The notes under the pieces: generated by a model
What the model saw: the letters and a program-made list of their open reading frames with translations, nothing else
What the model was told of the DNA's origin: nothing
The model's database searches: none
NCBI GenBank assembly: GCA_963666565.1
Contig: OY762911.1
Span: 3,936,001 to 4,000,000, forward strand
Length of the DNA stretch: 64,000 nucleotides
Source: Thermoanaerobaculia bacterium
GTDB lineage: Bacteria > Acidobacteriota > Thermoanaerobaculia > Multivoradales > Multivoraceae
Direction of reading: 5' to 3'
Translations under genes and position numbers: made by a program
In this document: in pieces, positions 1-7,970 of the stretch
How positions within the stretch are numbered: position 1 is the stretch's first letter
Layout of the letters: each line of letters begins with the position of its first letter

Positions 1-589
1 TCGGCGGCAGCGGCGACCACAGGTCCTCGCAGATCTCGACGTGGAAGCGGAAGTCCGGAACGGGGCCCACGTCGAACAGCAGATCGTCGCCGAAGGGCAC
101 GTCCTCGCCGCCCAGGGACACGGCGTCCGACCGCCTCGACTCGGCGGCGGCGAAGTAGCGCTTCTCGTAGTACTCGCGGTAGTTCGGCAGATAGACCTTG
201 GGCACGATGCCGGCGATCCGGCCGCCATGCACCACGGCCGCGACGTTGAACACCGCGCCGTCGGCCTCGAGCGGCAGGCCGACGATCAGGACCGGGCGCA
301 GGTCTCGCGAAGCCGCCGCAAGCTCCAGCAGCGCCGCGCGCGAGCCCTCGAGTACAGCGGACTGGTGGAACAGGTCGTCCAGCGAGTAGCCGCTCAGGTT
401 GAGTTCGGGGAGCACGGCGGCGACGATGCCGTCTCCGTCCGCCCTCCGCGCCAGCTCGAGCGTGCGTTCCAGGTTCGCCGCCGGATCGGCGATCTCGACG
501 CGCGGCAGGCACGCCGCGACCCGGGCGAACCCATGCTCGTAGAGGTCGTCGAAGCGCCGAACTGCTGACCTGTCCCGACTTGCGGCCAT
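1..589 (-). CDS. nadE: Glutamine-dependent NAD+ synthetase, N-terminal part (runs off the window edge)
   Basis: Manual translation from ATG 589: MAASRDRSAVRRFDDLYEHGFARVAAC...LPELNLSGYSLDDLFHQ...GIVPKVYLPNYREYYEKRYF...VEICEDLW. This carries the nitrilase-type E-K-C triad of the NadE glutaminase domain and lies next to pncB. Not in the ORF track because it is incomplete. Confidence 0.93.
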   Translation of the reverse strand, partial: MAASRDRSAVRRFDDLYEHGFARVAACLPRVEIADPAANLERTLELARRADGDGIVAAVLPELNLSGYSLDDLFHQSAVLEGSRAALLELAAASRDLRPVLIVGLPLEADGAVFNVAAVVHGGRIAGIVPKVYLPNYREYYEKRYFAAAESRRSDAVSLGGEDVPFGDDLLFDVGPVPDFRFHVEICEDLWSPLPP

Positions 590-662
590 GCCGGATTATG
601 AACGACCCGCCGGCAGAGCGTCGTCGCGACCGCCGCCGGCCGGCCGCGAGCGGCCCGGCGCC

Positions 663-2078
663 TCACGCCGAACGGGCGGTCGACGCCTGCGACGCCTCCA
701 GCCGCGCACACCGTTCGCGCAAGCTGGCCGTGACCTCGACCGGCGCCGGCCCGTGAGCTTCGAGGCCCATCAGCGCCGGCGGCAGCGAGGCCACTTCGCG
801 CTCCGCCGCCTCGCGCGCGGCCGCAAGCGCCGGCAGCGGCTCGACCAGCTCGCCCTCTTCCAGCACCGGCAGGAGGAGATCGCGGCCGCCCGGATCGTCC
901 AGGCCGGCGGCATTCCCGGCGTCGTCGAGGGCGTGGATCACGTCCCGCACGACGGCGCCGCCGGCATCCCGATAGCGACGTACCTGAAGCCGTCCCGGCA
1001 AGGACGTCTTGTCGGCCCCGGCGCCGAACTTGAACACCGGCCGCCACCGCTCTTCGCCCGCCCGCTTGATGGCCGACAGCTTGTAAACGCCTCCCAGCGC
1101 GCCCGCTCCCGCCGCCGTGACCAGGGAGGTGCCCACGCCCCAGATGTCGATCGCGGCGCCCGCCCGCCGCAGCGCCAGGATCTTCTTCTCGTCGAGGTTG
1201 TCGCTGACGACGATCGCGACCTCGTCGAGCCCGGCCTCGTCGAGCCGCCGGCGGGCCGCGCGGCTCTGCATCAACAGGTCGCCGGAATCCAGCCGGATCC
1301 CGAGCAGCCGCTGACCCCGCCGCTCGAGCCGCCGCGCCGTGGCGATCGCGTGTTCGATTCCCTGCTCCACGTCGTAGGTGTCGACCAGCAGGACGCAGTT
1401 GTTCGGCATCGTCTCGGCGAAGGCGTCGAAGGCCTCGGGCTCCGAGTCGAAGGCCTGGACCCAACTGTGCGCGTGGGTGCCCCGCACCGGAATCCCGAAG
1501 CGCCGGCCCGCCTCGAGGTTCGAGGTCGCGACGCAGCCGCCGACATAGGCGGCGCGGCTGGCGCTCAGGCCCCCGTCGAAGCCCTGCGCCCGGCGCAGTC
1601 CGAACTCCAGCACGGGCTGGCCCGGCGCCGCGACGTGGCAGAGCCGGGCCGCCTTCGTCGCCACCAGCGTCTGGAAGTTGAAGACGTTGAGGACGGGCGT
1701 CTCGATCAACTGGCCGACCAGCAGCGGCGCCTCGACGCGGAGCAGCGGTTCCTTGGCGAAAACGGCCGTGCCCTCCGGCACGGCGGCGAGCGAGACGGAA
1801 AGGTCGAGCTCCGGCAGCGCCTCCAGGAAGTCGCGGGCGAACAGCGGCCGGCCGTCGTTGCCGGCGAGGCTCCGCAGGTACTCGATGTCCTCCGGCTCGA
1901 ATCGAAGGCCGAGCAGGAAGTCCACGACCTGCTCCAGGCCCGCGGCGATGGCGAAGCCGCCGTCGAACGGCGTGTGGCGGATCGAGAGATAGAAGCTGGC
2001 CCGATCCAGGTGCCGGCCATGCCGCCAGTAGCCCTGGGCCATCGTCAACTGGTAGAGGTCGGTGGTGAGAGCGCTCAC
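663..2078 (-). CDS. pncB: Nicotinate phosphoribosyltransferase
   Basis: Motifs TDLYQLTM, EFGLRRAQG, GTHAHSW, LLVDTYD, GIRLDSGD, GVGT, GGVYKL. The GTG start at 2078 overlaps the elp3 stop (GTGA). Confidence 0.95.
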   Translation of the reverse strand: MSALTTDLYQLTMAQGYWRHGRHLDRASFYLSIRHTPFDGGFAIAAGLEQVVDFLLGLRFEPEDIEYLRSLAGNDGRPLFARDFLEALPELDLSVSLAAVPEGTAVFAKEPLLRVEAPLLVGQLIETPVLNVFNFQTLVATKAARLCHVAAPGQPVLEFGLRRAQGFDGGLSASRAAYVGGCVATSNLEAGRRFGIPVRGTHAHSWVQAFDSEPEAFDAFAETMPNNCVLLVDTYDVEQGIEHAIATARRLERRGQRLLGIRLDSGDLLMQSRAARRRLDEAGLDEVAIVVSDNLDEKKILALRRAGAAIDIWGVGTSLVTAAGAGALGGVYKLSAIKRAGEERWRPVFKFGAGADKTSLPGRLQVRRYRDAGGAVVRDVIHALDDAGNAAGLDDPGGRDLLLPVLEEGELVEPLPALAAAREAAEREVASLPPALMGLEAHGPAPVEVTASLRERCARLEASQASTARSA

Positions 2079-4030
2079 GACGACGCCTCCAGCGGTTCCC
2101 GCGCCGGGCGGTGCTGGTACAGCTCGCCGTCCACGAAACCGAGCCGCCGGTAGTACTCGCGGGTGCCGACCGAGGAGATGACGGCGACCCGCTCGAACCC
2201 GGCGCCGGCCGCGATGCCGAGGGCCCCGGCGATCAGCCGGCGGCCGAGGCCGGCGTGCTGCGACCGGCCCTCCTCCCGCTCGCCCAGGCCGACGACGGCG
2301 CCGTAGACGTGGACCTCGCGGACGATCGCCGCGTTCGCCAGCTCCGGTAGCGAGAGCGCCGTCCGCCGGGTGCGCGGGTCTTCCGACGCGCACGGGGTAC
2401 TCGGGCTGGCCGAAGCGGGCAGGCGGAGCCGGAGGAAGCCGGCGATCCGGTCCTCAGCGGTCACGAACTCGAGGAAGATCTCCCGGCCGCCCGAGGCCTC
2501 GTAGTCCGTGCGCCGCAACCGGAGCCGGCCCGGATCGACCGGGCGGCCGCCGACCTCGCGGGCGCGGATGTCCCGGCAGCGGACGCCGCGCGCAGACGCT
2601 TCGGCCTCGGCCACCTGGCGCAGGTTCGTCGTGCGGTTGCCGGTCACGATGTCCGTGCCGGGAATGTCGCGGATCACCCGGGTCAGCCGGCAGTAGCGCG
2701 GCGCGGCGCCCAGAGCGTGGACCAACACGTCGAGCAACTCGTCCGCTTCGTAGGGGCGCCACTCGCCGCGGCGGTGGTACGCCATCAGTTCGGCGCTCTC
2801 GATCAGGGAACAGGGATAGACCTTGAGCTCGTCCGGCCGCACGTCGGGATCGAGGAACAGCCGGTCGAAGTCGTCGCGGTCCTTCGCGGGCGTCGAACCG
2901 TGGAGATTCGGCATCCAGTGCGCCTGGATCTTGAACCCGGCCTGGCGCAGCAGGCGCACGGCGCGCCGCGACCGGGCCGTGTCGTGGCCGCGCCGGTTCA
3001 GGTCCAGGACGCCGTCGTCCATGCTCTGGATGCCGATCTGGACCTTGGTGGCGCCGAGCCGCCTCATGCGGAGCGCCTCCGCCGCGTCGAGCCGGTCGGG
3101 CCGGGTCTCGAGCGACAGCCCGACGCAGCGGACCGGCGCCGTCTCGTTGATCCGCTGCGCGACTTCCAGATCCGCCCAACGAGCGGTCTGAAGCCGGGCC
3201 TGGTCCGCCGCCCGGGGATGGGCCGACGTCCAGTCGGAGACGACCTCGTTGTAACTCCTTCCGAGCGTCCGCTGACGGACGCTCGGCCAGGTTCGCGTCC
3301 TGCGCGTTTCCCCGCAAGCCGGGTCGCGGCGCTGAGAGTCCGCGTCTTCGGCGGCGGCCTTCGCCGGCGCCAGCAGTGCGCCTTCGACGGTCTCGTCGAG
3401 CTCCCGGAAGTCGACCTCGGGCGCAAAGCCGGCGAGCGGATCCGCCGGTGGATCGGATGAGAGATGGACGAACTCGTTCATCGCCTGGAGGCAGCGCAGG
3501 ATGAACCACACCTGATAGCCCTCCGGGTAGCTCGACCACGTGCCACCGAGAACGATCAGTTCCACCTTGTCCACCGGATGCCCGGTATGACGGTAGGAAC
3601 GGAGCCGGGCAAGAGTCTGCCGGTAGGGGTCGAACTGGTGTTCGGCGGCCCGCTGGGCGCCCGGCTCGGACGACAGGTAGCTTTTCGGCATCCGCACGTC
3701 GCTGGGGCAGAAGATGCAGCGGCCCGGGCACGGGAAGGGCTTGGTCAGGACGGTCACCGGCGCGACGCCGCTCCGGGTACGAACCGGCTTCATGCGCACC
3801 CGATCGAGGAACGCATGCTCGGCCGCGGAACCTGGCCGGAGCGCCCGATAGCCGCGGATCAGTTCGCTCTTGGAGAAGAAGCCCCTGCCGTCCTTCGGGT
3901 GGCGGCGCAGCAGGTCTTCCAGGTCGCGCGCCTCGAAACGCGGCGCTCTCTCGATGGCGCCGATGATCGCCTCGAGCTCGGCCGCATGCCGCTCGGGCTC
4001 GAACGGATACGCGCTCGCGCCGCCGTTCAT
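2075..4030 (-). CDS. elp3: Elp3-family tRNA uridine(34) carboxymethyl/acetyltransferase (radical SAM plus KAT domains)
   Basis: Motifs CPGRCIFC, MPKSYLSSEP, GHPVDKVELIVLGGT, ETRPD, NRRGH, PDELKVYP, RVIRDIP, IRARE, VREVHVYG, QHAGLG, VISSVGTREYYRRLGF. Confidence 0.93.
   Translation of the reverse strand: MNGGASAYPFEPERHAAELEAIIGAIERAPRFEARDLEDLLRRHPKDGRGFFSKSELIRGYRALRPGSAAEHAFLDRVRMKPVRTRSGVAPVTVLTKPFPCPGRCIFCPSDVRMPKSYLSSEPGAQRAAEHQFDPYRQTLARLRSYRHTGHPVDKVELIVLGGTWSSYPEGYQVWFILRCLQAMNEFVHLSSDPPADPLAGFAPEVDFRELDETVEGALLAPAKAAAEDADSQRRDPACGETRRTRTWPSVRQRTLGRSYNEVVSDWTSAHPRAADQARLQTARWADLEVAQRINETAPVRCVGLSLETRPDRLDAAEALRMRRLGATKVQIGIQSMDDGVLDLNRRGHDTARSRRAVRLLRQAGFKIQAHWMPNLHGSTPAKDRDDFDRLFLDPDVRPDELKVYPCSLIESAELMAYHRRGEWRPYEADELLDVLVHALGAAPRYCRLTRVIRDIPGTDIVTGNRTTNLRQVAEAEASARGVRCRDIRAREVGGRPVDPGRLRLRRTDYEASGGREIFLEFVTAEDRIAGFLRLRLPASASPSTPCASEDPRTRRTALSLPELANAAIVREVHVYGAVVGLGEREEGRSQHAGLGRRLIAGALGIAAGAGFERVAVISSVGTREYYRRLGFVDGELYQHRPAREPLEASS
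2365..2387 (-). repeat. Partial family A palindromic repeat inside elp3 (encodes part of SEDPRTR)
   Basis: GCCGGGTGCGCGGGTCTTCCGAC is identical over 23 nt to the copy at 61785-61807. Confidence 0.75.
3260..3324 (-). repeat. Family C double-hairpin repeat inserted in frame in elp3
   Basis: Perfect 11-bp stem CCGAGCGTCCG-ctga-CGGACGCTCGG at 3261-3286. Aligns without gaps (45/65 identical by hand count) to 5806-5870 and resembles 21164-21227. Confidence 0.75.
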
Positions 4031-4236
4031 CGAGGGGACTCCTCACGGAGAGGCCGAGCAGGATCCCGATCCAACGGATTGCGTTCGACACTGGCGACGC
4101 TGGCGACGGGAACGCCGTGAGAGCGTGGCGCCGGGTCCCATGCGCACGCGACGCGTTTCGGGGCTATTGTCGCCACCATGACGGGAACCTACTACGGTGC
4201 CGTCCGGCATCGGAAGACGCTGGCCGGGTGACGGCA

Positions 4237-5136
4237 ATGGCGGCGGCAACGGCGCCCGCTGGGCGCTTCGAGGGCCGTGCGGCCCTGGTGACCGGCGGCG
4301 GCAGCGGGATCGGACTCGCGGTAGCCCGAGCCCTCGCTGCGGGCGGCTGCCGCGTCGCTATCGCCGGCAGGGGCGCGGACACCCTCGAGGCGGCTGCCGC
4401 CGCGCTGAACGAAGAGGAGCTCGCGTGCCTGACCGTCGTCGGCGACGTCTCGAGTGCCGGCGGCGCGAGGCGGATCCTGGACGAGACGACGCGCGAACTC
4501 GGCGGCCTCGACATCCTCGTCAACGGCGCCGGCGTCTACCGGACAGGACCTCTGGCTGCGGCCGGCCCGAGCGGCGCGGCGGGCGAGCCGCGGGCCGACG
4601 GCAGCGCCGACTCGGTGGAACTCGCGGCGGACAGCGGCGGCGGCTCGACAGTCGCATCGCGAGCCGGCGGCAACGTCGATCCTGTCGATCTCGTGATCGA
4701 CATCGACCTGAAGGGCGTCCTGTTCGCGACCCGCGCCGCGATTCCCCATCTCCGCGGCAGGCCCGGCGGCGCCTCGATCGTCAACGTCTCGTCCTCGGTC
4801 ACGCTGTCGCCGCTCGCGAACTGCGCCGTCTACTCCGCCGCCAAGGCCGGTGTCGACGCCCTGACGCGCAGCCTGGCGGCGGAACTGGCGGGCGACCGGA
4901 TCCGCGTCAACGCCGTGCTTCCCGGCGTCGTCCGCACCCCGATCTTCGAGACGATCATGCCCCCCGAGGAGGCCGCAGCCTTCCTCGGCGGCTTCGGCGA
5001 GCAGGTACCGCTGGGCCGGGTTGGCGAACCGGACGACATCGCTCGCGCCGTCCTCTTCCTCTGCGATCCCGCGAACGACTGGATCACCGGAGCGCTGCTC
5101 GCCGTCGACGGCGGGCTCAGCCTGGGGTCCGGGTAG
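4237..5136 (+). CDS. SDR family oxidoreductase
   Basis: Motifs TGGGSGIG, VNGAG, YSAAK (YxxxK), IRVNAVLPG, WITGALLAVDGG. Has an extra Ala/Gly/Ser-rich loop after NGAG. Confidence 0.92.
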   Translation: MAAATAPAGRFEGRAALVTGGGSGIGLAVARALAAGGCRVAIAGRGADTLEAAAAALNEEELACLTVVGDVSSAGGARRILDETTRELGGLDILVNGAGVYRTGPLAAAGPSGAAGEPRADGSADSVELAADSGGGSTVASRAGGNVDPVDLVIDIDLKGVLFATRAAIPHLRGRPGGASIVNVSSSVTLSPLANCAVYSAAKAGVDALTRSLAAELAGDRIRVNAVLPGVVRTPIFETIMPPEEAAAFLGGFGEQVPLGRVGEPDDIARAVLFLCDPANDWITGALLAVDGGLSLGSG

Positions 5137-5142
5137 AGCCGG

Positions 5143-6048
5143 TTGCTCGCCTCCACCGAGTCCGCCCTCCGCCGGATCAACCGCGACTTCTACAGCCGCC
5201 ACGCGGCCGACTTCGACCGTACCCGGCGCCCCGGCGGCTGGCAGGGATGGCAACGAGTCCTGGAGTCCGTGGCGCGGGCCGAGGACCGCCCGCTGCGCGT
5301 CCTCGACCTCGGCTGCGGCAACGGCCGCTTCGCGCTCTTCCTGGAGGAGAACCCCGAGCTGCGCGGCAACCGGCCGTTCGAGTACCTGGGCATCGACCTG
5401 AGCCCCGAGTTGATCGGGTATGCCCGCGAGGCGGCCGCCGGGCGCCGCCACGTCCGGTTCGAGATCGACGACATCGAGAAGCGCCCCCTCGGCGCGGCGG
5501 CTCGCGACCTCGTCGTCCTCTTCGGCGTTGTCCACCATCTCCCGAGCTTCGGCGTTCGCCGGCGCGTCCTCGAGCGCGCCGCATCGGCCGTGGCGCCCGG
5601 CGGCGTCCTCGCCCTCACCTGCTGGCAGTTCGCGGACGATCCACGACTCGATAGCTGGAGCCTCGACTGGTCTCAAGAGCCCGCGGTCGATCCGGAGGAA
5701 CTCGAACCCGGCGATCATCTGCTGCGCTGGGGCGTGGCCGACGCTGGAGGTCGCCGGCAAAGCCGGCGACGATCCTCCCGCCGCCTCCGGCGGCAGCGGG
5801 TCAGAACCCGGCTGGCGCGTCCCCGTGCCAGCCGCGTCACAGTCCGAGCGCCCGTCTTCGGGCGGTCGGATGTCAGACCCGCGCACCAGGCTCGCCGCTA
5901 CTGCCACTTCACCGACGAAGCGGAGCTCGACCGCCTGATCGACGGCCTGCCGTTCACCGAAGTCGCCCGCTACCGATCCGACGGCCCCGGCGGCCGGCAG
6001 AACCTGTACTGGCTGGGCGCTCGCGACCGTGCTGCTAGCCTGAGTTGA
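5143..6048 (+). CDS. Class I SAM-dependent methyltransferase, Trm9/ALKBH8-like (putative tRNA cm5U carboxyl methyltransferase)
   Basis: FYSRHAADFDRTR..W, VLDLGCGNGR, GIDLSPELI, GVVHHLPS..VRRRVL, PGGVLALTCW, GDHLLRW, RYCHFTDEAEL and NLYW follow the motif order of Trm9. The methyltransferase call is firm; Trm9 specificity is inferred. Confidence 0.8.
   Translation: MLASTESALRRINRDFYSRHAADFDRTRRPGGWQGWQRVLESVARAEDRPLRVLDLGCGNGRFALFLEENPELRGNRPFEYLGIDLSPELIGYAREAAAGRRHVRFEIDDIEKRPLGAAARDLVVLFGVVHHLPSFGVRRRVLERAASAVAPGGVLALTCWQFADDPRLDSWSLDWSQEPAVDPEELEPGDHLLRWGVADAGGRRQSRRRSSRRLRRQRVRTRLARPRASRVTVRAPVFGRSDVRPAHQARRYCHFTDEAELDRLIDGLPFTEVARYRSDGPGGRQNLYWLGARDRAASLS
5780..5887 (+). repeat. Family A repeat inside the methyltransferase CDS, with a family C element (5806-5874) nested in its loop
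   Basis: GCCGCCTCCGGCGGC-A-GCGGGTCAGA [69 nt] AGACCCGCGCACC. Removing the 69 nt restores the consensus GCGGGTCAGAAGACCCGCGCACC seen in the copy at 10347-10388. Confidence 0.85.
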
Positions 6049-6064
6049 AGGAGGATCCCAAACC

Positions 6065-7525
6065 ATGAAGCCCCTGTGTCTCGCTCTCGTGGCCGCCGTT
6101 CCGCTCGCGGCTTTCCCCGCCGGCGCCCGGCAGGATCCGAAAGAAACCTACGACTACTGGGAACCGCAGCGGCAGATGGTCCGCCTGGGCCAGCAGGCGA
6201 TCTTCCTGTGCAACGGGCTGTTCACATCGAACCGCACCATCGAGCAGGTCTTCGCGCAGGAACTCGCCTACCTGCCCGAACCCGTCGGAACCGCCGAAGG
6301 CGGCGACTACGAGGTCGACCACAAGCGCAAGGCCGTGACGATCGGCTCGGGCCACGGCGTGCCGAAGATGCGGGCCGCCTTCCGCGAGGGCATCGGCTGC
6401 GTGGTCCTGGCGCCGAACCGGACGCTGGACGACATCGACAGCCTGCCTGCCATCCGGATGCCGCCACCACCGGGCGATGCGGCGAAGATCCCGTGGCCGG
6501 ACGGCGACAAGACCGGCCCCATCTCGCCAGCGGCCGACGTCGATGCCGCGGCGCTCCAGGCCGCCTCGGACTGGGCCTTCGACCGCGAATCGCCGCAGCA
6601 GGTCACCCTCAGTCTGCTCGTCGTCCACCGCGGCCGGATCGTCCACGAGCGCTACGCCGACGGCGTCGACATGACCACCCGGACGCGCACCTGGTCGACC
6701 GCGAAGAGCATCGCCTCGACGCTGATCGGCATGCTGGTCGACGACGGCAAGCTGTCCCTCGACGAGCCGCTCGGCTTCGACTTCCTTCCCGAGGGCGCCG
6801 CCGCGCCCGAGACCGACCCGCGCTCCGCGATCACGCTGCGCCACGCGCTCAACATGTCGAGCGGCCTGCAGACGGTGGACAACGACGGCCGGCAGCACGC
6901 GATCGGCTCCGGCATGTCCTACTGGGCCGGCGCCAGTTCCGTCGAACGCGCCCGCCGCCGCGCCCTGATCCGCGAGCCGGGCGCGAACTGGGACTACGAG
7001 AACTACGACACCCTGCTCGCCGTCTACGCCATGAAGCGCGCCCTCGGCAGCGAGAAGAAGTACCACGAGTTCCCCCGCAAGCGCCTGCTCGACCGAATCG
7101 GCATGAGGAACACCCTCCTCGGCACCGACCGCTTCGGCGACTTCGTCCTCAGCAGTCAGGTCTACACGAACGCCCGCGACCTCGCCCGCTTCGGCCTGCT
7201 GTACCTCCAGGACGGCGTCTGGAACGGCGAACGCCTCCTCTCCGAAGACTGGATCGACTTCGTCCGCACCCCGGCGCCCTCGACCGCCGAACGCGGCAAC
7301 TTCTACGGGGGCCAGTTCTGGCTCGTCCCCGACGAACGCACCGACGTCCCCCGCGACGCCTACTCCACCGCCGGCAACCGCGGCCAGTACGTCGTCATCG
7401 TCCCCTCGCGCGACCTCGTCATCGTCCGCCGCGGCCTCGACTGGCGCCGCCTGAGCTTTGACCGCTGGGACATGACGCGGGAGGTGCTGAAGGCGTTTCC
7501 GAGCGGTGCGGACGTAGCGCGGTAG
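6065..7525 (+). CDS. Secreted serine hydrolase (class C beta-lactamase-like family)
   Basis: Signal peptide, WSTAKS (SxxK), LNMSSGL, YENYDT, ARDLARFGLLYL, GNRGQY. Confidence 0.88.
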   Translation: MKPLCLALVAAVPLAAFPAGARQDPKETYDYWEPQRQMVRLGQQAIFLCNGLFTSNRTIEQVFAQELAYLPEPVGTAEGGDYEVDHKRKAVTIGSGHGVPKMRAAFREGIGCVVLAPNRTLDDIDSLPAIRMPPPPGDAAKIPWPDGDKTGPISPAADVDAAALQAASDWAFDRESPQQVTLSLLVVHRGRIVHERYADGVDMTTRTRTWSTAKSIASTLIGMLVDDGKLSLDEPLGFDFLPEGAAAPETDPRSAITLRHALNMSSGLQTVDNDGRQHAIGSGMSYWAGASSVERARRRALIREPGANWDYENYDTLLAVYAMKRALGSEKKYHEFPRKRLLDRIGMRNTLLGTDRFGDFVLSSQVYTNARDLARFGLLYLQDGVWNGERLLSEDWIDFVRTPAPSTAERGNFYGGQFWLVPDERTDVPRDAYSTAGNRGQYVVIVPSRDLVIVRRGLDWRRLSFDRWDMTREVLKAFPSGADVAR

Positions 7526-7665
7526 CGCATCGGCTGCACCCGCCTGTCCGGGCGCGCAGGGGGGCGGTCCCATCGGCCCCTCCGCGGGCGGGTCCCCGGC
7601 ACCGCCGCCGCAACGCCGCGGCACCGTCGTCTAGGATCGGCCACTCCGACCACTGGGAGGTTCCA

Positions 7666-7968
7666 ATGACGATCGACGAAATCGTCGCCGACATGGCGGC
7701 CAAGGCGGCGACCATCGACCCGCTCGGGAAGAGTTTGCTGTTCCTGCTCGACGAGGAGTCGATGCTGATCGACGGGAGGGGCGAGGCGAACGTCGTCTCG
7801 AAGGTGTCCGGCCGGGAGGTCGAGTCGGACTGCACGGTGCGGATGTCGATCGACACGTTCCTCAAGCTGCAGCGCAAGCAGATCAAGCCGTTCATGGCGG
7901 TCGCCTCCGGCAAGATCAAGGTCAGGGGCGACATGTCGATCGCCGCCAAGCTGAAGAAGCTGACCTGA
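7666..7968 (+). CDS. SCP2 sterol/lipid-binding domain protein
   Basis: 100 aa; DCTVRMS..TF..L, PFMAVASGKIKVRGDMSIAAKL; GGAGG RBS upstream. Confidence 0.88.
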   Translation: MTIDEIVADMAAKAATIDPLGKSLLFLLDEESMLIDGRGEANVVSKVSGREVESDCTVRMSIDTFLKLQRKQIKPFMAVASGKIKVRGDMSIAAKLKKLT

Positions 7969-7970
7969 GC

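Noticed and set aside
1345-1372. GTTCGATTCCC T-arm-like motif (a similar GGTTCGAGTC occurs near 15436)
   Set aside because: Both lie inside protein-coding genes, and no acceptor, D or anticodon arms can be folded, so they are not tRNAs.
7526-7665. GC-rich intergenic hairpin as another family B copy
   Set aside because: It can fold (ACCCGCC...GGCGGGT), but similarity to family B is too weak to assert and there is no U-tract to call a terminator.
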